Positions 1 through 9,325 of a DNA stretch of 64,000 bases are shown piece after piece (the first letter of the stretch is position 1; each line of letters starts with the position of its first letter). The translations under genes and the position numbers were made by a program. The DNA lies in the NCBI GenBank assembly GCA_036822575.1, contig DAISHK010000008.1:19514-83513 (forward strand). Reading direction: 5' to 3'. This DNA is from Bellilinea sp. Lineage in GTDB: Bacteria; Chloroflexota; Anaerolineae; Anaerolineales; Anaerolineaceae. The notes below the pieces were generated by a model. That model did not search any database. It worked only from the letters and a program-made list of their open reading frames with translations, and was not told where the DNA came from.

Positions 1-1
1 C

Positions 2-523
2 CTCCCAAATGTCAGGTAAATTCTTGGCAGAAATAGAATCAACTATATCTTGGGCTTCTTCTAAAGATAATTGGTGATAAATTCGGATTAATTCACATAT
101 TACCCAATCAGCATTTTTAACAATCGTACTTGCGTCTATTTGATTCGCCTCAACATCACCGCCAACATGACCAATTCCTCTTTTATTTCTTAAAGTGTAA
201 AGGAATAGAAGGGCACGAGGGATTATTATCCTTGACGATTCATTCCCTTTGGAAGAGGGAAGTTTTTGAAGTTTATCAACTTCATCTAAGAAGTTTGGAA
301 TTTTCTGACCAAATGGAATATACGTTCCTGTCAATTGGAATTGTAATAATCGAAGTATATTTTCACAAAACTTTCCTGCACTTAAACCTGAAGCATCATA
401 TGAATTATCATATGATGCTTGTTGGAATCTTTTCTTAAGCTCAAGGTAATTGGAAATCACTTTTGAGCGGAATTTTGTGTCAACGTTGGCAAGAGCCTTG
501 TCTAATAAAGGCGCATCAGACAT
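2..523 (-). CDS. Putative HEPN-domain (Abi_C/DUF4145-like) protein, C-terminus runs off the window; absent from the ORF track
   Basis: Hand translation from ATG at 523 (overlaps the upstream TGA at 516-518) is open to the window edge: MSDAPLLDKALANVDTKFRSKVISNYLELKKRFQQ...AGKFCENILRLL...IIIPRALLFLYTLRNKRGIGHVGGDVEANQIDA...WVICELIRIYHQLSLEEAQDIVDSIS... The R-N-x5-H motif is at 167-190. Confidence 0.8.
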   Translation of the reverse strand, partial: MSDAPLLDKALANVDTKFRSKVISNYLELKKRFQQASYDNSYDASGLSAGKFCENILRLLQFQLTGTYIPFGQKIPNFLDEVDKLQKLPSSKGNESSRIIIPRALLFLYTLRNKRGIGHVGGDVEANQIDASTIVKNADWVICELIRIYHQLSLEEAQDIVDSISAKNLPDIWE

Positions 524-1649
524 GATATTCGAATTGTTGGTCTTTGTTTTTCTCCCGTTTTAGTTTTCCATCTCGTATAAAACGGGTTAATGTTGATGAC
601 AACTCATTGGCCTTCCGGGTTTGAGCCAAATGTGAGCTGCAATGTTCCAAAATATCGCTAATTGTCCGCTTTTCATTAAAATATCCCTGTTCTAATAGTT
701 TATTTATTATTTGTGTGGGGGATAATTTACCTGAAGGCGTTGTTCTTTTCTTTGTGCTATCCGCTGGGACGTCAATTACTTCTTTAGCAGATGTTTTATC
801 GCTACCTTTTTTCCCAGATGGGGGTCTTGATTTCCCGTCCGGCATCCAACTTCCTTGAATGTCGGTATCAAAAATATCCCGAAGTATATTTGACACTTGT
901 TCCTGTGCTGGAATACTTAATTCCAATCCATTACTAGAATTTGTTATATCGGTTGTCTTTGCCAGCCAACTTTGAAGGTGGTTGTTAAGTAATTTTGCCT
1001 TTTTTAATATACTTCGTAATTGGGTTTTATCGATGGGCTTTCTTTGAATAACTGTGAAGTAATAAATAACCAATACTGTAATTTTTTTGGAATATTCAAG
1101 TTTGCTTTTAGCCTTGATTCTTGGCTCAAGTATTATTAATTCCTGTTCTTCTAATCGAAAAATCCTTTCAAATGTATTATTCGAAAGTATTTCAACGTTG
1201 GCAAGATTTTTATGGGCAGAGTCTTCAGAAAAAGATAATTCGCCGCTCTGTAGTTGCTTTAGCGGCTCTGTTACCCGTTCTGTTGTTAATGGTTTGCGAG
1301 TTCCAGTTGTTAATAATCTATTTCCGAAAAAGTTATTAAGGGTTTCATTGAGACTATTACCTACAGCATCTGTAAAAGATGCTTTCAATGTTCTAGAACT
1401 TTGCGTTTCTCTGTATTCAAAGGTGTTTGGAGGATTTTGTGGATGATAACCAATATTCCTTACATCACTGGGTGAATGAGAAGAACTTCCCTCGCCAACA
1501 AAAGTCCCACACATAACACAAACATTAGCATCAGGCTCTAAAAATTCCAGACAATTCTTGCACTTTACCTGTTTTCCACAGGAAGGGCAAAAAACGCCTC
1601 TGTTTGGTATTTGATTTTTACAGTAGATGCAAAAGCCATTTTCATTCAT
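516..1649 (-). CDS. Double zinc-ribbon protein with probable winged-helix domain(s)
   Basis: Four N-terminal CxxC pairs (CIYC, CPSC, CKNC, CVMC). C-terminal GYFNEKRTISDIL...LTRFIRDGKLKREK...EY resembles a wHTH. Upstream RBS AGGGGA. AT-rich. Confidence 0.75.
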   Translation of the reverse strand: MNENGFCIYCKNQIPNRGVFCPSCGKQVKCKNCLEFLEPDANVCVMCGTFVGEGSSSHSPSDVRNIGYHPQNPPNTFEYRETQSSRTLKASFTDAVGNSLNETLNNFFGNRLLTTGTRKPLTTERVTEPLKQLQSGELSFSEDSAHKNLANVEILSNNTFERIFRLEEQELIILEPRIKAKSKLEYSKKITVLVIYYFTVIQRKPIDKTQLRSILKKAKLLNNHLQSWLAKTTDITNSSNGLELSIPAQEQVSNILRDIFDTDIQGSWMPDGKSRPPSGKKGSDKTSAKEVIDVPADSTKKRTTPSGKLSPTQIINKLLEQGYFNEKRTISDILEHCSSHLAQTRKANELSSTLTRFIRDGKLKREKNKDQQFEYHV

Positions 1650-1688
1650 ATAATAATCCCCTAATTTTCTCGTTCATCTCATCTTTAG

Positions 1689-1724
1689 AGGGGTGTAGAA
1701 GAACCTTTAGTCTTCTACACCCCT
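1689..1724. repeat. Perfect 14-bp inverted repeat with 8-nt loop; terminator-like but no clear U-tract
   Basis: aggggtgtagaaga-acctttag-tcttctacacccct. Confidence 0.8.
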
Positions 1725-1737
1725 TCATGACTTTCAC

Positions 1738-1866
1738 TTACCTTTCGAGGTTTTCAGTTGTCGTTTTGAAACTTTGCATAGATCCTACAGCTAGGTTTCT
1801 CTGGCAACCACAATTCGAAGTCTCATTACCCTTTGTATATGGCTCAATATTTGTTGTTCCCGACAT
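1738..1866 (-). CDS. Possible 42-aa small ORF
   Basis: ATG 6 nt after the nrdJ TAG; MSGTTNIEPYTKGNETSNCGCQRNLAVGSMQSFKTTTENLER*. GAGGA sits unusually close to the ATG. Confidence 0.25.
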   Translation of the reverse strand: MSGTTNIEPYTKGNETSNCGCQRNLAVGSMQSFKTTTENLER

Positions 1867-1872
1867 AATCCT

Positions 1873-4464
1873 CTAGCACTCACTGTATCCGCAGGCGTAG
1901 CACTTGCGGCAGCCTTCCTCGTTGATCACGGCCGCCTCGCCGCACTCGGGGCACAGGTCGCCGAATTTGAGGTGACCCTGGCTGAGCGGGGTGGTGGGCG
2001 GGTTGAGCGGGCTGTGCCCGGCCGCCGGCGCGCTGGCCGGCGCGGCCGGGGCCTGTTCCAGCCGTTCGGTGCGCTCGCTGATATAGGCTTCCAGAATCTG
2101 GCCGACGCCATCTGGCAGGGAACGCACGCGGTTGGGGCCGAAGCCCAGCGAGCGTCCGCCGCCGATGCCCAGCAACTGGTTGACGGCCTCTTTAAGGCGC
2201 TTGGCCGGCTCAACCGGCGAGGCCAGGCGCAGAATGTAGGAGAGCAGCCGCCCGATCGCCTCGGAGACGGCGGCGGTATCTGAACCGGCCTTGGCGGTGT
2301 TGATGAACACCTCAAAGGGCTGGTTGCCGCCGTTTTCGTTGACGGTGATAAAAGCCTTGCCCAGCGGGGTCTCGACCGAATAGGTGAAACCGGTCAGGTA
2401 GCGCGGGCGCGGTTTCTTGGTATCGTGCCAGATCATCGGCTGGGGGGCCGCCTCAGCGATTTCAGCCAGCGCGGGCTCGTCGCCCTGCTTCTTCTGTACG
2501 GTAGCCATGGTTTCCAGCACCACTTTTTCGCGCGAGCCGGTCACATAGACGGTGATGCCCTTGCAGCCCAGTTTCCAGGCCAGCATATAGGCGGTGGCTA
2601 CGTCCTCTTCGCTCGCCCCGGCCGGGAAGTTGATCGTCTTGGAGAGGGAATTATCCACAAAGGCCTGCATGGCGGCCTGGGTGCGCACATGCTCCTCGGC
2701 GCTGATATCGCCCGAGACAACGAAAACCTCGCGGATGCTTTCCGGCAGCCCGGCCACGTTCTGGCACGAGCCTTCCAGCATAGTTTGCTCGATGATGCGC
2801 TGGCGTTCCTCGTCTCCCAGACCGGCCGCGATCAGCGCGTCGTCGAACAGCGGGCTGGCATAGGCCAACTGCAGGTCTTTGCCGTTATCGTTGACGTGGC
2901 GGATATAGGCCAGGGCGAAGGTCGGCTCGCAGCCATAGCCCTCGCAGCCGGCCACGGTCGCGATGGTACCGGTCGGCGCAATGGTGGTCTGCGCGGCGTT
3001 GCGGATGCCGAAAGTGCGCATATCCGCGGTCAGGCCGGCCCAATCCACCGCCGGACGGTCGTAATCGTGCTGGTAAGGCTCCAGCGGTTCGGGCGCTGAC
3101 CATTTGAAGTCCTGCGGGTCATAAATTGAACCTTCAATGGCGGGGAACGGACCGCGTTCGCGCGCCAGCTCCAGCGAGGTGCGCATCGAATGGTAACGCA
3201 CGAATTCCATCACCTGCGCGGCAAATTCCTGCCCTTCTGGCGAGCCGTAGCGGATGCCGCAGTAGTACATCAGGTCGGCCAGGCCCATCAGCCCCAGGCC
3301 GATGCGGCGTGCGCGCCGGGCGGCCTCGCCCAGCTGCGGTACAGCCGGCACATAGTGATTGGCGTCCACCACATCATCCAGGAAGCGCGTGGCCAGTTCA
3401 ACCGACTGGCGCAAATCTTCCCAATCCACCTGGCCTTGCGGGCCAAAATGCTGCGCCAGGTTGACCGAGCCCAAACAGCAGTTCTCGTAGGGTCCCAGCC
3501 ACTGCTCGCCGCAAGGGTTGGTGGCCTCCAGCGGGTAGAGGTGCGGCACCGGGTTGGAACGGTTGGCAGCGTCCAGGAATAGCAGGCCCGGCTCACCGTT
3601 ATGGTGCGCCTGGTGCACGATTTTCGCGAATAAATCGCGGGCGCGCACCGTGGTATGGGTTACCAGCGGCACGCCGGCGGCTTCCATTTGCTCCAAAGAT
3701 CCGCTGACCTTGCGGTAGAGCGGCGAAGTCACATCCGGGAAGCGTAGCGGCCATTCCTCGTCATTTTCAACCGCGCGCATAAAGGCGTCTGTGATGCCGA
3801 CCGAAATATTAAAATTAGTGATCTGGTTTTCGTTGGTCTTGCAGGAGACGAATTCTTCCACATCGGGGTGATCCACGCGCAGCACGGCCATATTGGCGCC
3901 GCGGCGCGTGCCGCCCTGGGCCACCTCACCGAAGGCATTGTCATAGACGCGCAAGAAACCAACTGGTCCGGTGGCCTGCCCGGCCGACGAGCTGACCCGG
4001 CTGCCCTTCGGGCGCAGGCGCGAGAAAGAAAAGCCATTGCCGCCGCCGGTCTGCTGAATCAAGGCCGCGTCGCGCAGAGTCTGGAAAATGCCTGCCTGAT
4101 CGCGGCCCATATCGTCCACAATCGGCAAGACAAAGCAAGCCGCCAGCTGGCCCAAAGGCGTGCCAGCCCCGGTGAAGGTCGGTGAATTGGGGAAAAACTT
4201 CTTGCTGGTGAGCAGGTAATAATACTGCCGCGCCAGGTCGAGCACGTCGCTTTCCCATTTCTGTTCAACCACCGCGATGTGGTAGGCCACGCGCCAGAAC
4301 ATATCCTCAACGCTTTCGGCCGGCTGCCCGTCAGTGCCGCGGCGCACGTAGCGGCGAATTAAAACTTGGCGGGCGTTCTCGGTCAGGTCAATGGAGGGAA
4401 GATCCGCCGGCCGTTCAGGGGTCGGCACCAAACCGTTCGATTTTTCCTTAGTCAACGCAACCAT
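1873..4464 (-). CDS. nrdJ: Adenosylcobalamin-dependent class II ribonucleotide reductase with C-terminal TSCPD-like and zinc-ribbon region
   Basis: Motifs PNSPT, LAACFV, TNPCGEQ, IAPTGT, SKTIN; C-terminal CPECG...[19 protein letters not shown]. Confidence 0.95.
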   Translation of the reverse strand: MVALTKEKSNGLVPTPERPADLPSIDLTENARQVLIRRYVRRGTDGQPAESVEDMFWRVAYHIAVVEQKWESDVLDLARQYYYLLTSKKFFPNSPTFTGAGTPLGQLAACFVLPIVDDMGRDQAGIFQTLRDAALIQQTGGGNGFSFSRLRPKGSRVSSSAGQATGPVGFLRVYDNAFGEVAQGGTRRGANMAVLRVDHPDVEEFVSCKTNENQITNFNISVGITDAFMRAVENDEEWPLRFPDVTSPLYRKVSGSLEQMEAAGVPLVTHTTVRARDLFAKIVHQAHHNGEPGLLFLDAANRSNPVPHLYPLEATNPCGEQWLGPYENCCLGSVNLAQHFGPQGQVDWEDLRQSVELATRFLDDVVDANHYVPAVPQLGEAARRARRIGLGLMGLADLMYYCGIRYGSPEGQEFAAQVMEFVRYHSMRTSLELARERGPFPAIEGSIYDPQDFKWSAPEPLEPYQHDYDRPAVDWAGLTADMRTFGIRNAAQTTIAPTGTIATVAGCEGYGCEPTFALAYIRHVNDNGKDLQLAYASPLFDDALIAAGLGDEERQRIIEQTMLEGSCQNVAGLPESIREVFVVSGDISAEEHVRTQAAMQAFVDNSLSKTINFPAGASEEDVATAYMLAWKLGCKGITVYVTGSREKVVLETMATVQKKQGDEPALAEIAEAAPQPMIWHDTKKPRPRYLTGFTYSVETPLGKAFITVNENGGNQPFEVFINTAKAGSDTAAVSEAIGRLLSYILRLASPVEPAKRLKEAVNQLLGIGGGRSLGFGPNRVRSLPDGVGQILEAYISERTERLEQAPAAPASAPAAGHSPLNPPTTPLSQGHLKFGDLCPECGEAAVINEEGCRKCYACGYSEC

Positions 4465-4476
4465 TTCTTCTCCTCC

Positions 4477-4926
4477 TTAGCCTTCCAATAAGCGGTCAAT
4501 TTCTTTTCGAATCGATTGCAAGTCGTTTAAATGCAAATAGACGATGGCATAACGTACATAAGCCAGCTGGTCCAGGTCTTTTAAACCGGCGATGACCATA
4601 TCGCCGATCACGCGCGAGGAAACTTCCGCGCGGCCCAATTGCTGCAAGGACGCTTCAATCTCGCCGACCAGCCGGTCAATTTCCGCTGCGGAAACCGGCC
4701 GTTTGGCGCAGGCAATGCGGATGCCGCGCATCAATTTTTCACGATCAAATTCCTCGCGTGTTCCGTCTCGTTTCACCACCAGCGGAGTGGCCAAAATCGG
4801 CCGTTCATAGGTCGAAAAGCGCTGCTGACATTTCTCACATTCGCGCCTGCGGCGGATCCCGCCGCGCGCATCATGCGTGGTGTCCAATACCCGAGATTGT
4901 TCATGATGACAGTATGGGCAACGCAA
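4477..4926 (-). CDS. nrdR: Transcriptional repressor NrdR
   Basis: CPYC...RRRREC..C..RFSTYE zinc ribbon plus ATP-cone (VVKRDG). TTG start at 4926 behind GGAGG. Confidence 0.95.
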   Translation of the reverse strand: MRCPYCHHEQSRVLDTTHDARGGIRRRRECEKCQQRFSTYERPILATPLVVKRDGTREEFDREKLMRGIRIACAKRPVSAAEIDRLVGEIEASLQQLGRAEVSSRVIGDMVIAGLKDLDQLAYVRYAIVYLHLNDLQSIRKEIDRLLEG

Positions 4927-5070
4927 AATAAACCTCCTCTGGCGTGCATATTTGATTTGCGTTCTTACCAATAAAAAAAGAGAGTTCTTACCGCGGTCTG
5001 GCCGGTGAGTGCGGGGCCGAAAGCCGCCAGCTTCACTCTCTTATTCAATGAGTTCTTACTTGACAGATAA

Positions 5071-5088
5071 ACCCCCATATATGGGGGG
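5071..5088. promoter_or_regulatory. Putative NrdR box
   Basis: Palindrome cccccATATATggggg matches the C-x-A-t-A-T-a-T-x-G core of NrdR boxes; it lies between the promoter and nrdR. Confidence 0.65.
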
Positions 5089-5123
5089 CATGATGTTAAC
5101 GCATAGTACATTTACGTAAGTTC

Positions 5124-5152
5124 ATTTTAGCATAACCCTGAGTTGATTGCAA
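5124..5152 (-). promoter_or_regulatory. Sigma70-type promoter of nrdR-nrdJ
   Basis: Minus strand TTGCAA-N17-TAAAAT with extended -10 TG. Confidence 0.55.
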
Positions 5153-5189
5153 TAGCAGCCGCCCATTTTAAATCTTAAAATTGTTTCTG

Positions 5190-5205
5190 TAGAACACTTG
5201 TTTTA
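5190..5205. promoter_or_regulatory. Possible LexA (GAAC-N4-GTTC type) box
   Basis: taGAACacttGTTTta, one mismatch from a perfect TAGAAC-N4-GTTCTA palindrome. Confidence 0.4.
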
Positions 5206-5826
5206 GATCAAAATATTTCTCAGAATTGTCAGGATTCCTGTTAGGAATTGTCCGGTTTTCCACCCCCATATTTGGGCTGCTTATCTGTCTCTTTCGCAAA
5301 CCGCCCATCCCTAGGAAAACATTTGTAAACTAAATTCTAAGAAATTTTGTATGACATTAACAATCTTAACAATTCTTATTTAACCCGGTCGTCAAAATTC
5401 CCGGTTTTTCAACCAATTTTGGACGATTCTTACGAATATGCAAGCCAGATCGGTGAAGAAAAAAACCGAGGTGCTGCGCCGCATCCGCGTCCACCGCTAC
5501 CCGCGCAGCTACCGATTTTACCCCCATCTGCCCGGACAACGGATCAGAACTTCAGAATCAAGAAAAAGATCACTTTTCTAGCCGGCGTGTGTCACCAAAC
5601 TGGTGTCCCCTCATCGGTATCGCGCGAGATTAAACGGCGGAGGCCGGCCAACGAGGAATGTGGCCGGCCTCCTAAAGACAGGTGAGCCGTGCGGAAGATA
5701 GCAAAATTGGCGGCCGTCTGGTGACAGCCTTGCAGAAACTGGCATGACGCCTGGGATACCAGGCAAACGCCAGAAGAGATCAGGCAAGCGCCCGATTGGG
5801 CGCTGCCTGAAGATTAGCGTAAAAGA

Positions 5827-6990
5827 TTAGCGGTTATTGCGGTTGCGCAGGAAAGCCGGAATATCCAGATCGTTGGTATTGATCACGGTCGGCTGAAATT
5901 CCGTGGGCGAATTGCTCGGCGCTTGCCGCTCAGTACGGCCGCTGGGTGCGGCCGGGCTGCTCGCCTGGAAAGGAAGAGGCTGTTCCTCTTTCTTCACTGC
6001 GGGGCGCTGATCCATTAAAGGGCTGCGAGTAGCCGCGCGGTCGAAGCCGGTAGCGATCACGGTGATGCGGATGTCTTCGCCCAGGTTCGGGTCGATGACC
6101 GCACCGAAGATCAGGTTGACTTCCGGATGCGCGGTTTCCTTGATGATCGCCGCAGCCTGATTGACCTCGAAGAGGGTCATATTGCTGCCGCCGGTCACAT
6201 TGAACAGGATGCCGCGAGCGCCGTCGATGGTGATGTCCAGCAGTTGGCTGGAGATTGCCATTTCCGCGGCCACGCGAGCGCGATCCTCACCCGAGGCATG
6301 GCCGACGGCCATCAACGCCGCGCCGCCTTCGGACATGATTGCGCGCACATCGGCGAAGTCCAGGTTGATCAAACCGGGGACGGTGATTAATTCGGAAATG
6401 CCCTGAATACCCTGGCGCAGGACGTCATCCGCCGTGCGGAAAGCTTCCTGCAGGCTGACGCGCTTGTCCACAATTTGCAGCAGGCGGTCATTCGGAATGA
6501 CGATCAGGGTATCGGCATGTTCTTTTAATTTTGCAATGCCCGATTCCGCCGAAGTCTGGCGGCGGGACCCTTCAAAGGTAAACGGGCGGGTAACCACGCC
6601 AATGGTTAACGCGCCGACCTCTTTGGCAATTTGAGCTACAATCGGCGCGGCGCCGGTGCCGGTACCGCCGCCCAGACCGGCCGTAACAAAGACCATATCT
6701 GAGCCCTTGAGCACTTCGTACAGCTCATCCGCCGATTCTTCGGCTGCCTTGCGCCCGGCCTCGGGGTTGCCGCCGGCGCCCAATCCGCGAGTTGACTTAT
6801 CGCCAATGCGGACTCGCGTCGGCGCTTTGGAAAGCAGGAGCGCCTGGGCATCTGTATTGACGGTAACAAACTCAATACCGCCCATACCCTCGTCAATCAT
6901 GCGATTGACGGCGTTGCAGCCGCCGCCGCCGACACCAACGACCTTGATGCGGGCAAACGATTCAGCCTGTGATGAATTGAGCATATCCAT
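5827..6990 (-). CDS. ftsZ: Cell division protein FtsZ
   Basis: [23 protein letters not shown] and C-terminal DIPAFLR. Confidence 0.98.
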   Translation of the reverse strand: MDMLNSSQAESFARIKVVGVGGGGCNAVNRMIDEGMGGIEFVTVNTDAQALLLSKAPTRVRIGDKSTRGLGAGGNPEAGRKAAEESADELYEVLKGSDMVFVTAGLGGGTGTGAAPIVAQIAKEVGALTIGVVTRPFTFEGSRRQTSAESGIAKLKEHADTLIVIPNDRLLQIVDKRVSLQEAFRTADDVLRQGIQGISELITVPGLINLDFADVRAIMSEGGAALMAVGHASGEDRARVAAEMAISSQLLDITIDGARGILFNVTGGSNMTLFEVNQAAAIIKETAHPEVNLIFGAVIDPNLGEDIRITVIATGFDRAATRSPLMDQRPAVKKEEQPLPFQASSPAAPSGRTERQAPSNSPTEFQPTVINTNDLDIPAFLRNRNNR

Positions 6991-7056
6991 GATTTTCCTC
7001 CGCTTATACCTGTCTTTGGGTTGTATGAGAAAGAATTACTCTCGGAATGTTGGTGA

Positions 7057-8292
7057 TTATGGAAGCAATCGTTTCAAGAAGTTTTTCAACTTCTCGCTGT
7101 CCAGCAGCGTGCCGCGCGGCAAAAAGCTTGGCCGCCCGGTGACGGGTTCATTTTCGCCCATCAATAACGCCCAATACAGCAGGCCAACGCTGGTGGAATA
7201 CGCCGGCGAATGCAGCTGGTCAGCCAATCCCAGCAGACTCTCCGGTTTGGCTACGCGCACCGGCAGGCCTAAAACGGAACTGGCCAGCTCGCGCATACCC
7301 GGCAGCAGGCTCGATCCGCCGGTTAAAACCATCCCGGCCGGCAGCAGCCCGTCATACCCAGAACGCTTGATTTCCTGCAGCACTAACAGGAATATTTCTT
7401 CAACCCGGGCTTCTATGATGTGCGCCAGGTCCCGGCGATTAACCTGAATGGGACCTTCTTGCCCGAAGGATTTGACATTGATAATTTCATCATCTTGAAT
7501 GCTGGCTTCTATTGCATAGCCATGCTGAATTTTGACCTGTTCGGCCTGTTCCAGCGGCAGACGCAGCCCATGAGCGATATCCGAGGTGACATGATTGCCG
7601 CCGACAGCCAGCACCATGGTGTGCCAGATGTCGCCGTCGATATAAACGGCCAGATCCGTGGTGCCGCCGCCGATATCACAGACGATGGCGCCCATCTGCC
7701 GTTCGGTTTCCGAAAGGACCACTTCCGCCGAAGCCAAGGGGTTGAGCACAAATTGGGTTACTTCCACGCCCGCGGATTGAACACACTGGCGCAAATTCTC
7801 GACGGTTGATTCGGCGGCGGTGATAATATGCGCTTCGACTTCCAGACGGTAGCCATGCATCCCGATCGGGGTGCGAATCCCGTCCTGGCCATCGACAATG
7901 AAACTACGCTGAATGACGTGAATAATCTGGCGGTTATGCGGAATAGCCACAGCCTGGGCCGCTTCCAATGCCCGCGCCACATCCACCTGATCGATCACCC
8001 CACCGGAAATGCCAACCACGCCGCGGCTATTCACCGAGGATACGTGCGATCCAGCTAGGCTGACGAGGGCCGAAGTGATTTCGAAGCCGGAAGTACGCTG
8101 GGCTTTTTCGATGGAGCGTGCGATGGAAGTGGAAGCCGCCGCCAGATCGACAATATTGCCTTTGCGAATACCTTGAGCCGGTTCAATGCCGACGCCTAAA
8201 ATTCGCAGGCTGCGTTCCCCCTCGACGCGAGCAACCAGGGTGCAAACCTTGGTTGTGCCGATGTCGATTCCCACTACGATTGGATCATCCAT
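7057..8292 (-). CDS. ftsA: Cell division protein FtsA
   Basis: GIDIGTTK, DIGGGTTD, VLTGG; start moved to MDDP. Confidence 0.96.
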   Translation of the reverse strand: MDDPIVVGIDIGTTKVCTLVARVEGERSLRILGVGIEPAQGIRKGNIVDLAAASTSIARSIEKAQRTSGFEITSALVSLAGSHVSSVNSRGVVGISGGVIDQVDVARALEAAQAVAIPHNRQIIHVIQRSFIVDGQDGIRTPIGMHGYRLEVEAHIITAAESTVENLRQCVQSAGVEVTQFVLNPLASAEVVLSETERQMGAIVCDIGGGTTDLAVYIDGDIWHTMVLAVGGNHVTSDIAHGLRLPLEQAEQVKIQHGYAIEASIQDDEIINVKSFGQEGPIQVNRRDLAHIIEARVEEIFLLVLQEIKRSGYDGLLPAGMVLTGGSSLLPGMRELASSVLGLPVRVAKPESLLGLADQLHSPAYSTSVGLLYWALLMGENEPVTGRPSFLPRGTLLDSEKLKNFLKRLLP

Positions 8293-8302
8293 TCTTGCTC
8301 CG

Positions 8303-9325
8303 CTATTTATAAAATGGTGCGTTGATGAATTCCACACTGACCATTTCCGTTGGGGTTATCCCGCGTTGATCCAGATCTTTGATCAATGAATCATAAATGG
8401 CCAGTTTTTGGTCGATGTTCGTCAGTTCCCTGCCAATGAAGACGCTCCAACCGCGTGGGTCTTTCCATCCAAGACCATTCAGAGAATTATAGACTAAATT
8501 GGACTCTATGGAAATCCTTCCGGGCAGGTCAATTACCGACTTAAGCAAATTGTTGTTAATTTGCCGTCCCCAGTAGCTCGTTGAAGTCGGCGCAGCGGTC
8601 TGGTCCGTATTCGTTTCCGCTGCCGCCACGCTGCTGACCGGCAGTAAATCTGGCAGGGTGTCTGCGTCGATGGTTTGCAGTCCTTCGACTTCTCCGCGCG
8701 GGGGCAGAATAAAACCATTCTGATCGATCCAGTAGGTTACATCGCCAGTTTTCCAGGCCAGAACCGGCTGGCGCTCGACCACATCAATGATCACGCTGGC
8801 CGGAAACCCGATTTTCAAGTCGATCGAAGCCAATTCCGGGTAAGCGGTCGCCAGTTTTGCCGTCAGCTCCTCAGGGTTGAGGTTGATCACCTGTTCACCG
8901 TCAATCGCCAGTGCGGCGTCGATATCACTGGTGGTCAGGCGCTGTATCCCGCTCACCATCAATTTGCTGCTGTTGATTTGAAACTCTTCACTGAAGGCCA
9001 CCACATACAATGCCAGGGCCATCAAGCCCACCAGTATAGCAGAGATTGTCCGCGACCCTAAACCGGCAAATGGCAGCGCCGGCAGGCGCAATTCCGCGCC
9101 AGACGAGCCCAGTGAATAATAGGTCTGCTTGCGCACCGTGCTGGTACGCGTCTGGCGTAAGGGCGTCGCCATGCTGGATTGATACGAACGCACCGTTACC
9201 GGCGGCGCAGATGGCCGCGCGGCCGTACGGCGCGGCGTCGCCGTGTGCTCACGGGATTGCTGGGCGCGCCGCTGGCGCAGCTGGTCTGCGCGGGATTGGG
9301 ATTGGAAGGTGTTTTCTGCTCTCAT
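8303..9325 (-). CDS. ftsQ: FtsQ/DivIB-type POTRA-domain protein
   Basis: Basic N-terminus, single TM helix, POTRA-like region (FPASVIIDVVERQP); located between ddl and ftsA. Confidence 0.75.
   Translation of the reverse strand: MRAENTFQSQSRADQLRQRRAQQSREHTATPRRTAARPSAPPVTVRSYQSSMATPLRQTRTSTVRKQTYYSLGSSGAELRLPALPFAGLGSRTISAILVGLMALALYVVAFSEEFQINSSKLMVSGIQRLTTSDIDAALAIDGEQVINLNPEELTAKLATAYPELASIDLKIGFPASVIIDVVERQPVLAWKTGDVTYWIDQNGFILPPRGEVEGLQTIDADTLPDLLPVSSVAAAETNTDQTAAPTSTSYWGRQINNNLLKSVIDLPGRISIESNLVYNSLNGLGWKDPRGWSVFIGRELTNIDQKLAIYDSLIKDLDQRGITPTEMVSVEFINAPFYK

Noticed and set aside
130..438. 102-aa plus-strand ORF in the track
   Set aside because: Antisense shadow of the longer, motif-bearing minus-strand ORF (523 to <1).
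1729..1762. CUGA...GAAA...GUC pattern on the minus strand suggesting a hammerhead ribozyme
   Set aside because: The core reads CUGAAAA, not CUGANGA, and the required stems could not be built.
5127..5153. TTAGCA-initiated sequence resembling CIRCE
   Set aside because: Too many mismatches to TTAGCACTC-N9-GAGTGCTAA; better explained as the minus-strand nrdR promoter.
5347..5685. 112-aa plus-strand ORF between nrdR and ftsZ
   Set aside because: TTG start, no RBS, no recognisable motif, and it runs through hairpins.
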